Shown: positions 30,141 through 45,046 of the stretch, one piece after another | Position numbering within the stretch: position 1 is the first letter of the stretch | Layout of the letters: the number at the start of each line of letters is the position of its first letter | DNA from: the human T2T-CHM13v2.0 reference genome, Homo sapiens | DNA: 64,000 nt | Strand: one strand, 5' to 3' | NCBI RefSeq assembly: GCF_009914755.1 | Contig: NC_060936.1 | Position numbers and translations under genes: made by a program | Notes under the pieces: generated by a model | The model's database searches: none | What the model was told of the DNA's origin: nothing | Seen by the model: the letters and a program-made list of their open reading frames with translations, nothing else

Positions 30141-31459
30141 TGAGAGGTCTTCAAAATCTTCATGGAAAATGTATATTATGAAAAAAGATGCATCAATTTA
30201 AATTTTTTTTGCACAAAGTAAACTCAAATGAACTTGTTGTAACATGTCTGAACAGGATCTACTTTGAGGCACTAAGAATAATGAGATATCAGTTTGAAAA
30301 GAGCCCCTGTCAGAGCAACATTAATTCTTCCAAAATTGAAGAATTTTAGCAGAATTCTTTCCATTTAAGGAAAGACAAAAACCAAATTTATGGTGAAGTT
30401 TGGATAGAATAGTGAAATCATTAATGATCTACTAAAAGTTTATTGAGACAATGTACCAAAGAGATCAGCAGTTTACCAATGGATAACTCGTTTTAAGAAG
30501 GGATGAGACAATGTTGAATGTGAAGCCTGCAGTGCAGATCATCATATCAATTTGCAAGGAAAATTTTTATCTTATTTGTGCCCTAATTGAAGAGGGACAA
30601 TGATTAACAGCAGAAACAATAGCAAATACTATTGACATCTCAATTGGTTCAGGTTACACAATTCTGACTGAAAAATTAAAGTTGAGCAAAGTTTCAACAT
30701 GCTGGGAGTCAGAATCATGCTCAGATCAGAGCAGAGTTTTCAATGGAAATTCTAAATACGTGGGATCAGAATCCTGAAGCATTTATATGAAGAATTGTAA
30801 CAGGAGATTAAACATGGCTTTATCATTTTTAATCTTGTACAATCTTAGAGACAAAGCATAATCAAAACAATGGCTACCAAGAGGTGGAAGTGGTCCAGTC
30901 AAAGCAAAAGTAGATCAGTCAAGAGTGAAAGTCATGGCAACAGTCTTTTGGGATGCTCGAGACATTTTGTTTGTTGACTTTCTGGAGGGCCAGAGAACAA
31001 TGACATCTACCTATTATGAGAGTGTTGTGAGAAAGTTAGCCAAAGCATTACTAGAAAAACACCTGGGAAAGCTTCACCAGAGAGCCCTTCTTCACCACAA
31101 CAATGTTCCTGCTCATTCTTCCATCAAACGAGGGTAATTTTGTGAGAGGTTTGATAGGAAATCATTAGGCATCCAACTTACAGTTCTGATTTGGCTCCTT
31201 CTCACTTATTTTGGTTGCCTAATCTTAAAATATATTTCAAGGGCACAAATTTTTCTTCAGTTAATAATGTAAAAAATACTGTATTGACATAGTTAAATTC
31301 CCAGGACCCTCAGTTCTTTAGGGATGGACTAAATGGCTGGTATCATTGTCTACCAAAGTGTCTTGAACTCAAAATGGAGCTTATGTTGAGAAATAAGGTT
31401 TATATTTCTTATTTTTATCTTTTAATTCCATTTTCCATGAACTTTTTGAAGTTCCCTCA
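30141..31459 (+). mobile_element. Hsmar2 mariner DNA transposon, full-length, decayed
   Basis: Terminal inverted repeats TGAGAGGTCTTCAAAATCTTCATGGAAAATG / CATTTTCCATGAACTTTTTGAAGTTCCCTCA flanked by TA at 30139-40 and 31460-61; 1319 bp long. Confidence 0.95.
30320..31400 (+). pseudogene. Hsmar2 transposase pseudogene
   Basis: Motifs IVTGD*TW, KVMATVFWDA, HHNNVPAH (HHDNAPAH expected) and HPTYSSDLAPSH (HPPYSPDLAPSD expected). Start ATG mutated, many stops and frameshifts, second and third catalytic Asp lost. Confidence 0.92.
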
Positions 31460-33355
31460 TATACCACAAGCTAACCACATTTCTTTACTAATGAACTATT
31501 TAACAAGGTTTGAAGAAATGAGGGAGAAGATGGTAGCTAGTTAAGCCAGATACTTTGTCTCTAGAATCCCCCCCATAGACAACAGATGAAAATTCTGGAA
31601 TCATATGTGAAATTTTAAAAATGTACATGTAATCACATTATAAATATATTTTGTAAAAGGTGTTTGTTGCTTAACTCAGTTGCCAAAAATACAGACCTAA
31701 TATGAGAATGGCCATTGCTAGAAATAATGGTGTGTCCACCTGGGGATTCAGGAAAATCTGGCATAACCAGAAGGCCTATGAGCTAGAAATAGTGATGTGT
31801 CTATTTACATGAATGACTAAAGAACTTCTTGGAATGGAATTTGTCCTAAGTGACATGAGGGCTAGGTCTCAAAAGAGGAATTTAAGGACAATAAACTGGA
31901 GTGAAATGGAGGGGAGGGAAGAGGAATGTAGATCAAAACTTGTGTCAGAACTCTGGGGAAATGAAGCTTGAAATAAAACAAAACCAAACGAAGCCTTTAC
32001 GACATTTTGGGCAAATATATAACTAACGAACACACACAAATGGAGGAAAAGACACGAGAGAAGACTCCCTTTCCTTTGGTGGTATTTAGTGCAGAGCTTC
32101 AGCCCAGAGGGCCTCCGACAGCTGATCAATACACATGGGTCCTCAATGACACAGGACCTTGAACCCCAGCAGCAATCAGAGAACAGTGTCCTTGGTGCAG
32201 ATATCAATGACATCAGGATCAATCCTGGAAACCTTGACATAGCCACAGGCAGATACTACCACTGCCAACAACTATGGCAATTTCCTATGCACAGGAGACC
32301 CCATAGAAGGTGACCCGGAGAGTAAGAGCAGAAAACTTCACTTCTGCATATGTCATGCAAAACTAAAAGAACCCTTCTTATGACAGCAAGTGGATGTCTT
32401 CTAGAGATTCAGGGTGGGACAGTTGAGAAGGGCTAGAGATCTAGTGATAGTTGATGTGTAGAGGTGTGGTAAGAGAGAGGGTAGGGAGATTATAATCTCT
32501 GTTATAATGCAAGTCTTATTGCCATGCTAGTATGGCTAAGGCAATATATATTTTTTTAAAATCCTTTTGGGATGCCACATACTCTAACATATTCTCCTTG
32601 TCATTTTTCACCTGGCTTACTATTTCTCAAAATTCTCAAAAGGTCTCAGTTCAAATGACCCTTTCTCAGGGGCTCTTTTGTTACACACCCAACTTATATT
32701 AAATTACATCTCCTATTTCCTAAGGTGACATTCTTTCTAAATATAACTGTAATATTCTTTGAAGACTCAAGCAAGTTCAAGTAAATAGGATGTTGGAATA
32801 GCTTCAAAACAGAATAATAAGAAATGTGATCAACCTTTGATGATTTTCCAGAAAGCCACAAATGAAAATTTCATAGTAACTCTAAAATAAGATAAATCCT
32901 CATCCACTGAATGTGTGAGAATAAATTCACTGTTTGTTATTAACTCATAAGAATTCTTCTGAGTATATTATTTTTGACTTTTTATTACCATGATAAAAAT
33001 ATAGCCACATCATTTATTATTTATACAGTCCATTAGAGTTTGTATAAATATCATTTCTATTTGTATCACAAACTAGAGAAATATATGAGTACCTCAAAAT
33101 TTATTATTCTCTTTACCCCAAAGCCAGCGGCAAAATTTTAAGATTTATTGTCATTGTTAGAATCATTCTTGATACAAAAAGTAAACAAAAATCTTAAATA
33201 TGTTTGGTTACCAAATGCATCTTATTTGATGTGCATACTTTACGGTGTTGATTTTGGAGTACTGCTCACTGTCATGTGTTTTGAGGAAGGCAATTGCTAA
33301 ATAACAAACTGTCAGAAACATTTTATTGGGTCCTATATGTTCAAAATGTATTTAG

Positions 33356-33806
<451 letters not shown>

Positions 33807-34197
33807 TAGTTTCCCTAGCCTTGTAAACAAACATTGACTCTATGACTGTGAATTAAATCTTACCAAGTGCCAATTAGCACCTTTAAGACAAAATAGATAT
33901 GTGATTTATAAATATGTGTTTTGGTTTAACATAATCAGTACTTTTATCAGTGCTAAAGATAATCATGGAAGCTAAGGAAAATTACATGCTTCTCAACAAA
34001 TGTATTAGATCCCTGCCCTGTATCTCAAAATGAATTACCAAGGTAGAAAACACATCTCTTCCATTGAGAATTTACGTTTTTAGGGGATCACAATAGACAT
34101 AAAGTAAACCATGAAAAGGAAATTAATGAAATGCCACAGTGGCTGTATATGTATATTAAAAAAAATCCGGTGTGATTTAAAAAAAAAATTTAACTAA

Positions 34198-34473
<276 letters not shown>

Positions 34474-34719
34474 ATTGTCTAAACACATTATAAAATAAGC
34501 AATAACTGATGAAGGAGTATGGATAAGTCGTATCCTTCTCTTTGCTTTTGACTATGCTTTGCTCTTTCAAGCTCTCTCTTTGGATATACTGCTTGTTTTG
34601 TTTCCCTGGCTTGAAATGAATGTTTACTTGATTCACTCAACAAATATTTGAGTTTCTAATATATGCCAAGGAATGTTGGGCATACAGTAGTTATGAAGGC
34701 CTCATCTCTGCCCTCACAG

Positions 34720-36415
34720 TCCTGTGAAAGCTCTTTTCTTCTCTTATCAAAGGCAAAATCCCTCCAATTATGCTCCCATCCCCAACTGTGTTCTCAAGAA
34801 TTTTCTTCCCTTTTCATTTTCTACATCATCAGTTTCTCCTTCACTACTGGGTTACTCCTACAAGCTTATAAATATATATAAGCTACCTTGAAAATTAAAC
34901 CTTCATAGATTCCACATCTCTCTCTACCCATTGGCCCATTTCTTTGTTTCCACATAAAGTATTTTCAAGCAAATCATCTACAGTTTCTGCCTCATCATCA
35001 TCTCTATTCTGCTCTTCAATCACTCTCATCTGACATTATCTCAACAATGGAAAGAAACCAATCATGTCAATGGTCTCACCAATGACCTCCAAACTGCCAC
35101 TTCCAATAGACACTGTGTGTCCTTATCTAGTTCTCAGGATCATTTTGGCACCATTGAGTACTCTTGTCTTCTTGAAACTTTCTTCTCTTAGCTTCTGTGG
35201 CATCATATATTCCTGGGTTTTCTCCAATGCCAGTGGTGTTCTTTCTCATCTCCTTCACTGGCTCCTCTTCTTCTACTCAACTTCTTAATGCTGATGATGC
35301 TTAGGGTTCCTGCCTGGACACTTTCTATTTCTACTCTTTCTATTTTTTATACTCTTTCCCTAGGAAATTTTATTCAGTCCCATGTTTTACACATTCTATG
35401 TGCTGATATTTTCCAAATGTCTCTGTCTTCAGCCAAAGTCTTTCCTCTGAGTTCCATAGACTTTTATATTTAACTACTACCTGATATCTCGATTGAGATG
35501 TCTGAAAGGAATCTCAAATTCAAGGTGCCCAAAATTGAGATACTGATTATTTTTAAACCTGTTATTCTAACATTCCCATTTTAGTAAGTGGAACTACTAA
35601 TCATTCAATTATACAAGTAAAAACCTGGGAAGTACCTGTGAATCATGTTCTTCCCTCACCACACCCACTCCATCCTCAGATATGTTAGTTCTGCTTCCAA
35701 ATATACAATAAAATCTTCCCATTTTTATCTGTCTCCACTGTCAGCACCAAATTCAACTACTGTCATCTATGTCTTGGGATACTATTATAGCATCCCTGCT
35801 TCCATTCTTGTCCCTTTCCAATCCATTCTTCATATAACATCAAGAGAAATATTTTAAAAATATACACGAGATCAAATCTATTTTATCTATTCAGTGCAGA
35901 AACTCTTTAAGTTGTCTTTTCCTACTGCTTTTACAACAGGCTCCACAGCTTACCCTGGTTTACAAAGCCCTGCATATCTAAGTCTCTGGCTCACTTCACT
36001 GGCCTTGTCTTTCTTTCCAGTGCTCCAGCCACACTGGCCTAGTTTCTGTTTTGCAAACCCTTGTCCTGGCTCTTCCTTCTGTTCATAATGTGATCTGCCA
36101 AATCTTGAAATGCTGCTTACTCTGATTCATCAGATCTTGACTTAAATGTTCATTTTCATGGAGGCTGCTCTAATCATTTTATCTAAAGAAGCACCCCACC
36201 CCCACCCTCATCACATTCTCTATCTCAGTATCTGGTATGTATCTTACATAGACCTTATTATAGTCTCTAATAACCCCATTTGTGTGGGCTTATTTGTTGT
36301 CTCAATGTTAGCTCTTTGAGGAGTAAGCCACTTTGCCTTGTTTAACCCAGTACCTATCCTAGTCCCTGGTACATAACTAGGTGCTCAATAGATTTTTTGT
36401 TGGATAAATAAATGC
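34720..36415 (+). mobile_element. L2 LINE long fragment to 3' end
   Basis: CACCAATGACCTCC, CTTGAAACTTTCTTCTCTTAGCTTCTGTGGCA, GCTGATATTTTCCAAAT, GGTGCTCAATAGATTTTTTGTTGGATAAATAAATG. Confidence 0.8.
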
Positions 36416-38058
36416 AGGCAAACAGAAAATAATAAAAAGTGTAAAGAAATAGTAAATAACAAAAAGTAGTCTAAGGACCTTGGTAGAAGAAGTATAAGGG
36501 GCTCCATAAGCAATCTTTTAAGGGCACCAAACCCCTCAATCAGAGAAAGACAAGTCTAAGATCCGCTTACCTCCCTGACCATACCTGTACACATTAATTT
36601 TTATCCTCAAAAAACAGTCCAGAGTACCTATAGCTTAAAGTACACCATTTAGCCATGTAGGATAAGTCTATGTCTATGTGTGTTGGATATGTATACCATA
36701 TACACATACCACATGTATGTTATATATACCTATATTAAACACTCTTAAATCTAGACATACCTCAATGTATTATTTCATAATTACTTAAGTATATTGTTCT
36801 TGATTCCTCAGTTGTTAAAATTTTCAATTGAGCTCCCAGAATCGCATGTTTATTTCCTCTAAAATAAAGCTTCATCTTTGTGTATTGAGCTTTGGCAAGA
36901 TGACATTTCAAAGAAATTAAGAGCCATGAGAGAAATTAATATGTACTTCTAACAAGCAGTGTTCAGATGTAATATTTATATTTGTCATTAAAGATGTTAC
37001 AGCACTGATTTTTTTTTACCCTATGGACATATATTTTCACATAGATATGTGTGTGTTTTCTTATGAAATTTCCATTAAGTAACAAAAAGTCAATTCTTTC
37101 TTGGAAATAAACATCAGAAAATATCTTTGGTGATGAGAAAAAGAAGAGCACTCTAAATGTTTGATGTGCAAATAATTTCAAAGAAGAGATGAGTTTTTAT
37201 AAAATAAGCCCAGTCCAAGCCCCGTTTTTTAAATTTACAGCATCCACAATCATCCATGCCACAAACACTTTGTCAGGTAGCAGGGCAGGTCATGGGGCAG
37301 AATCTCAGAGAGAGCAGCAGCAGGTAGGCTTCTTAGCCAGCCCTTTTAATTAGCAGCTCATCATAAATATTAATCATATTATAACGGTGATTCAGAAGCC
37401 AATAGTCACAAAGATATGGTTAAAATACATGACAGCCTAGACAGTTCTCGTCTCTTTGATGTTCAGTCTACCTATTTACCTGGAGGTGCAGCCAGCATCT
37501 GGGAATATGCAACCAATGTTGGAAGGCACTTGAGACTGTAATGAATGTGGGCACATACATTAGTTTGGCTATTTCGCTAAAATAAAATACCAAAAGCTAG
37601 CAAAGAATAGGCATACTAAAACACCTGGAGTGCATGATCAAGCCGCTTCCTGTCTCTTGAAATCTGTCTAAACCCTTTCCCCCCTACCCACTGCATTTTA
37701 GACATACTGTTCTCTCTTTTTTTTTTTTTTTGTGCTGAGGTTATAGAGCTTGATGTGGAAGTCCATGAGTACTTACAAAATGCGATATGGTATCAAAGAG
37801 AAACAGGAACCTGCTGACACATTAGGCCAGTGAGTAGGGCAAAAAAGGATGGGGCTAAGAGGAGCAATAAGCAGAAACTTGAATATATAAAATTTCATAT
37901 CAAGAATAATAAAAAGAGCTAACACTTAGGTAGCACTTGCTATGTCCCAGTCACTGCAAATACACTTAACACATTGACCCAATTAATCTTTACAGCAAAC
38001 TCATAAAGTAGGTATTTTTTTCATTTACTAATGAGGTAACTGAGGCTCAAAAGTATTA

Positions 38059-38366
<308 letters not shown>

Positions 38367-38689
38367 TTAATGACTTTTCCTAAGGCCACATGCCTATTAA
38401 GTCATGCACCTTCTCCCCACAAACCCCACCACACATGGTGTGGTATTCATTAACATGGAGAAGATCATATTTAAATTAGTTTTAATAACAATTTTAAAAA
38501 AGAACTACTGTAGCATAGTAGAATGAGAGTTAAATAGAGTAAAAAGATCTATAATAAAATATAAAGATTTAGGTTATGACCCTGAATCTTCCTCTAATTG
38601 TACAAACTAGGCAGTTCCTTTATATATCTGTTGTTCAGCATTCTTAGTTGGAAACAGATGGAGTTGGGCTCTACCTTCTTAAAGTCCAT

Positions 38690-39286
38690 TGTCATGGTTA
38701 ATTTTATGCATCAACTTGGCTGGGCTATGGGGTACCAGATATGGGGCACCCAGATATTTGGTTAAACATTATTCTGGGTGTGACTGTGAGGGTGTTTCTG
38801 GATGACATTAACATTTGAATTGAAAAATGAGTAAATAAGATTGCCTCCCCATTGTGGGTTGGCTTCTTCCAATCTGTTGAAAGCCTGAAAACAACAAAAG
38901 ACTCACCCTCCCCCAAGTAAGAAATAATTTACTTTCTCTGCCTGACTGAGTAGGTACACCGGTTTTCTCCCGCTCTTGTACGTGGATTCAGATTCGAACT
39001 TACACCATTGCCTTTCTTGGTTCTCATGTCTTTGGATTACAACTTAAACTTGTATCATCAGCTCTCCTGGTTTTCAGGCTTTTGTACTCAGACTGGAACT
39101 ATACTATTGGTTCTCCTGGATCACCAGCTAGCTGACTGCAGACCTTGGGACTTCTCAACCTCCATAACCACATGAGCCACTCCTTATAATAAATCTATCT
39201 ATCTATCTATCTATAGCTATCTATCTCCCTCCCTCCCTCTCTATCTCCCATTGGTTTTGTTTCTTTGGAAAATCCAGACTAATATA
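38690..39286 (+). mobile_element. MLT2 (MLT2D-like) ERVL solo LTR
   Basis: TGTCATGGTTAATTTTATGCATCAACTTGGCTGGGC...CCAGACTAATATA; 5-bp TSD TCCAT at 38685-38689 and 39287-39291; internal (TCTA)n. Confidence 0.92.
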
Positions 39287-41391
39287 TCCATCTAATATTA
39301 CTGGCAATCCAGAATAAACAGCTTTTCCTAAGATATTATGATTGAACTCTTCTTTCTCCCACATCCTCCTTACAGAAGGTTTTGGCTTTCATCCTATAGA
39401 TAGGAGGGTAAAAACAGATGGTGCAGGGGTGTCGCAGAGTAGGTTGTGGCCACAAAATTGAGAGAATATTTATTGGAAACCTGTAAGAATCAGTTTGTCT
39501 TTAGCTCACATTGCTGAACAGAATGATTGTACAGTATAAATAATTGTCACCCTCTACTTTAGCTCCTTTTCCTGATAGCAAAGAAAAAATGTTAGATCAT
39601 ATGGCGTTCTCATTGAAATAAAATAAATAATACTAAAAGAATTATTGAATTATTTATAAAATACAAGCAGCACCAGCTTAAAACAGCTGTCTTTGCAAAC
39701 ATAATTTGTTAAATTAATACAACTTCGTAAAGAGTAATATTTTCACAGATGTCTTTTCATGATTGATGAAATACTGTCTCATTTACTCTATCAGGTAATG
39801 ATGAGCAAATTATATTGAGAAGACTTATGTAGGAGAAGTCATATTTTGTCAGATTTTAATCAATATATGGTCATGGGAATTAGGCACAAGATACAACCAT
39901 TAAAATGGCTTTAAATAATAATGGCAATGACAGGGCAGTGATTTTGTTATTTACCTCCAAATGTACTGTTATACTTTTTGCAAACATCTGTTAGATAATA
40001 ATTAAGAAATAAGTCACATTAAAGTGCTGAGATTTTTAGAGATTATATTGTCTTATCTCTCTAAATTTACAAATGCATTTAACGAAATTTAGAGTAAGTT
40101 AGTTTCCCATCTGGGGTCATGAAGCTATTGGAAGACCTGGGCTTCCAACCCAGGTTTTCAGATGTCTATGCCAGGGATTCTTTCTCTTTGTTTCCAACAT
40201 TTATAATTGGTGTCTATATCTTGAGATGTAGCTTTTCAATATATGATTCTGTGAGACTATAAATAAGTAATTACTTTCAGTATTGAATAAAATTTCTTCC
40301 AATTTTGTGCTTTGGAAATTGCTGATTTAAGAAAAGTTAGACCTGAAATGTCAATGTGAATGTAACTTTTGGTCTACATATGTCAAATTTACCTACTTTA
40401 ACTCATGAGAATGAGTATTTGGGCAAAATATTATCATGTAGATTTGGTTTATATTACATGCCCACATAGAATAGAAGCCAATTTGATAAGGCTATCTGTT
40501 AATTTTATCTTCAAAACCCAAATTTAGAAAGAATATTTACCATATCTTAGAAAAATAAATTTTTGATTCAGGGTATGTGAAGATTTTGTCACTAAAGCAG
40601 TTGCCATCAGCTCATGAGCCAAATTGCTGGATTGTGCCCCTAATCTCTGAAGCGCTCCGGGGGGCATAATACAGTAATTCCAAATTTCAAATTTTTACAG
40701 AATTTCATTTCTTTAAAACCTTCTCCTGGCCAGTAGAGTCCAGGGGCCAGTTCTGAGTATAGGGAGTTAGCACCTGCAGATCACAGAAATAAAATTGCAG
40801 GGCAATCACCAAAAGAAGCACTCTTTGGGTTTGTCAATACCAAGTCAATATGTCCAGAGTTGAATACTAAATCTAAGTGCAAACACCAAGAAGAAGCAGT
40901 ATGCAAATTCAAGTAGACAAGAGGCCAACAAGTACTTCACAAACATGTAACAACTTGAAGCTTGTGGTAAAAAGATCAGTTGGAAGATCTCACAGGACCA
41001 CTGGATAGGTGCTCTGGTAGCTTCCCATACAGTTCCCATAGGTTCTACTATGAGAATTCTAGGATCATGCCGAGACAATGCTGCCCATGGAGAAACAGAA
41101 GGAAGTCATGCAGAAGTAAAATAAGGAAAATATAATGCCTGAGGAAAGAGATTCTCTACCATTCTTTACTACCTATCAGAAGGCAGGTCAGTTTCTTCTT
41201 TCTAAGCATGATTAGGCCATTTGTATCTATTTGATGAGGAAACAGAATTGAAAATTATTCTCAGAAATTATTTGCAATTGATCTTCTTTACTGCCACTAA
41301 GGTGTGCATGCATGTGTGCTTGTGTATATGCCTGCATGGGTGTGTGTAACATGCATGTGCAGGTGTGTGTGTATTTATGTATTCAGGTGGA

Positions 41392-41586
41392 TGGCGGGTC
41401 TAGGATAAGAGGCACATAGGATGAAAAATTTAAGGAGATACCTACTGTTAGGGGAGTGCAAGCATTTGGCATTTTGGAGGTTTAGAAATGGAATTCAAAT
41501 AAGATAGTCTGTTTGCATGACCCTGAGAGTGAGTGTCTTCTTAAATTTTTTGCCCTCAATGCCTGTCTTGTTTCACCTGTTCCTGG

Positions 41587-41591
<5 letters not shown>
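41392..41591. mobile_element. MER91A-like palindromic MITE
   Basis: GAGGCACATAGGATGAAAAATTTAAGGAGA...GTGCAAG and its inverted partner TTGCATGACCCTGAGAGTGAGTGTCTTCTTAAATTTT. Confidence 0.7.

Positions 41592-41637
<46 letters not shown>
41590..41637. repeat. (TG)n microsatellite, ~24 units
   Basis: Perfect TG run. Confidence 0.98.
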
Positions 41638-41640
<3 letters not shown>

Positions 41641-41699
41641 AGGTTAACTTTAAATTTGAGTCTTTATTTCTTGTATGCTTGTTATAGTTAGGTTGGTTA

Positions 41700-42032
<333 letters not shown>

Positions 42033-42789
42033 CTAGCTAATTAAATAAGAAGTAAACTTACCTACATCTTCATAGAAATACTATACCAATATCCATATGG
42101 CTCAATACAATTTAAGAAAGTTTGCTCAGGGCCACACAAGAAGTTAAGGACAGAAATGGGATTAGAATCAGTCTGTTTCCTGGTTCCTGGCTTCCACCAC
42201 ACTACCCACTGACTTCACATGCAAAGACAGACTGTTGACAGCCTTGATGAACGTGCGAACATATTGTAAACCACGGGTCACTGCACTGGTGTTTGCAGAA
42301 ACTCAAATTTCAAGATGATCATTGCTACAAAAAGAAAGTTTTAGTTTCCAGATTGCCCATTGTGAAAATTTGAAAAAACAGTATAAAGAAATAAAGATCA
42401 TGTCCATATATTCACTAAAAGATAGCAAATAATATTTTATGTATCTCTCCCCATGCTTATTTTGTCACACACGAATGAGATAGTATATATCCTTTATATC
42501 ATTAATTTTTCTTTCACAGGAATAGCCTTTTATTTTCTATGATGTTATTCTTTTGTTGTCACTTAATATTTGATGCCATTTTCTAAACCAAAAGTATAGG
42601 TTTATCTTAGCATTGTATAAATATTTTAAAACATTTAATTAGATCTTACTGATGGACATTTATGCTGTTTCTATTTTATCCTGTAACATTCTTTTTGTAC
42701 TTCTTGCAGTGCTTTCTTAGAATTTATAGAATTAGTTAAAATCAATGATTTTTGAGGGAGTTTATGTATATACGTATATGTATATATAT

Positions 42790-43075
42790 AATTTTATTAT
42801 TTATTATTATTTTTGGGACAGGATCTCATTCTGTGGCCCAGGCTGGAGTAGAGTGGTGTGATCATAGCTCCCTGAAGCCTGGAGTCAGCTATGATCCTGG
42901 GCTCCTGGGCTTAAGCGATCCTCCCACCTCATCCTCCCAAGTGGCTGGGACTACAAGTGGGCACCCCCATGGTGGGTTCCTTTTTTACTTTTTAAACTTG
43001 TGCAGAGATAGAGTCTGCCTATGTTGCCCAGGCTGGTTGTAAACTCCTGGTCTCAAGTGATCCTCCTGTTTCAGC
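42790..43075 (-). mobile_element. Alu SINE (AluJ-like), partial
   Basis: GACAGGATCTCATTCTGTGGCCCAGGCTGG..GATCATAGCTC..AAGCGATCCTCCCACCTCA. Confidence 0.92.
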
Positions 43076-43149
43076 TGGGACTTTTTATAATTTTGCCAAG
43101 TTGCCTTTCAGGGAGGTTGTAAAATATGAATTTCCATTAGCAGTTTATT

Positions 43150-43335
43150 AAACATGAGTTGTCTCATTTAATCCTTGCAACAACCAAATGTGGTAGATAA
43201 TATTATTATTCCCATTGTAAGGATGAGGAAATTCGGATGCATTGCTCAAGATTATATAGGTTGTAAGTTGTAGAGTTGAAATTTAAACTGTGGCAGTTTG
43301 ACTCCAGAGCCTATGCTCTTAATCACTAGGCTATA
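43150..43335 (-). mobile_element. MIR SINE
   Basis: CTCATTTAATCCTTGCAACAACC..ATTATTATTCCCATT..GATGAGGAAA..GCAGTTTGACTCCAGAGCC. Confidence 0.8.
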
Positions 43336-43972
43336 TACACATATATAGTTCTAATATTAGAAAAATTATGTATATGTATTTCATATAGCATGTGTGGGTC
43401 TTGGCCAGAAACAGAATGTGGAATATAATTGTGCCAAAGCATAAAGTTCTTTATATGTAATATATAGACCTTTAAGTTCTGATGTGGTCTGCCCCCTGGC
43501 CAAGTGGTACAAAAGGCATTGATCTGGTAGATTTCTTACCCTCACAGGTCTGAGTTGACCAACCAACCAATTACAGATGTGTCTTCAGGAGGGAACAGGG
43601 AGAAACTAGAGCATTAGATCCATTCACTTGCATCCAAATCCTATGTATATTGGCTGCCTGTTTGGAAATCATTTCAAATGAAAGCAACCTTGAACTGGCT
43701 CTGAGTCATTACTCTAGACAGACTCTAGAGAGAGAGAGAGAACATTTCAGCATTTCAATAGAACCCACAGTAGGAGACATTGTGTGGCTACAGGAAAGTC
43801 TTGTTTGGGCTTAGTAGGTGATAAGATACGCAGTTTGACCATAGATATTGGCATATATACAAGATATAGTGGTTGGAAAGAATGAACAAGTAATGCAGGT
43901 TAGGTCCAAATCATCAAGGACCTTGATTGCTGGGCTATGGAGTTTGAGTTTGATTTTGTAAGTTCTGGGAAA

Positions 43973-45043
43973 CTACTGAAAGTTAAACCATTTGTCAAAG
44001 CAATAAAGGTCCCCTATGAATGAACCTCAAAATCTGTTTGTAAATTCACAGCACATAACTTCCTTATAAAAACACTTGTACATTCTCTTAGATCCAGACA
44101 TATCATACTACCATTTGCCTCTTCCTCAGACATGCCGTGCCATTTTTACTCCTATTGCCTTTCCATTGTTTATTCTGTTCGGAATCGTAGTTCCCATTTC
44201 CTTTACCAAATCTTACTTATCCCAAAATCCCCAACCTAAGTGCTACTTCCATGATCTTACTCTAAATCAGAAATTGCTCTTTTCCTGTCCTACAACTGAT
44301 TTCTTTCTGTTTGATTTAGTTGTTCTATGTGGGGATAGTACTGGGAGATTGACCCCACAGAAATTCTCAAGTCCCTCCTTTTCTCTTGCCATTTCCCACA
44401 AGACGGGTTGGAAAAACTAAGTACTCATTTCTGCAGCCTTCCTTACAGCTAGGTGTGGTCACATAGCACAGTTCTGAGATGTCTGCAAGGAACTTAATAG
44501 GAAAGCTTATGTTTCCTTATAAGAAAGACATGCAGTAGAAGGGAACTCTTTGTCTCTTTCCCCTTCCTTCCTTAAACACTGACATGATGCTTAGAGATGT
44601 GCAGCTATTTTACAACCATGAAGTAGAAAGTACAAAGCCAGAAGGCACATGCAAAGGATAGACAAGTAAAGGGATGGGACATTGTTGAACTACTGCATCT
44701 ACTCAGGACTGCTCATGTGTAGACTTCTTATATGTGAGAAGTTAAAATTATTTATTGCATCATCCTCTTAACTGAATTTGTTGGTTTTTGCTGCTGAATG
44801 CATTTCTAATAAATGTAATCTACTTGCCCACCTTTTAAAAAAATGCATTATTAAGAACTATAGTCATCATGTCATACAATAGATAGCTTGAACTTATTCC
44901 TCTTCACGAAATTTTGTATCTCCTAACCAATATCTTCTCCCCCCACCCCACCAGATACAATGTACTTGTCCATTTTTACCACTGGATTCTAAATTTTAGT
45001 TCAGTATATTTTAAATTCCTTGATGGAAAGTTTTAAGTATCTT
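43973..45043 (+). repeat. Direct repeat copy 1 (1071 bp) flanking the MER11 LTR
   Basis: CTACTGAAAGTT...TTTTAAGTATCTT aligns end to end with 46080-47147. Contains an MLT1-like LTR (~44328-44818) and L2/L1M pieces. Confidence 0.97.
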
Positions 45044-45046
45044 ACA

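Noticed and set aside
30925-31137. 70-aa transposase-like ORF as a domesticated gene (SETMAR-like)
   Set aside because: Short remnant of Hsmar2 with a non-ATG start, lost catalytic Asp residues and surrounding stops. SETMAR derives from Hsmar1.
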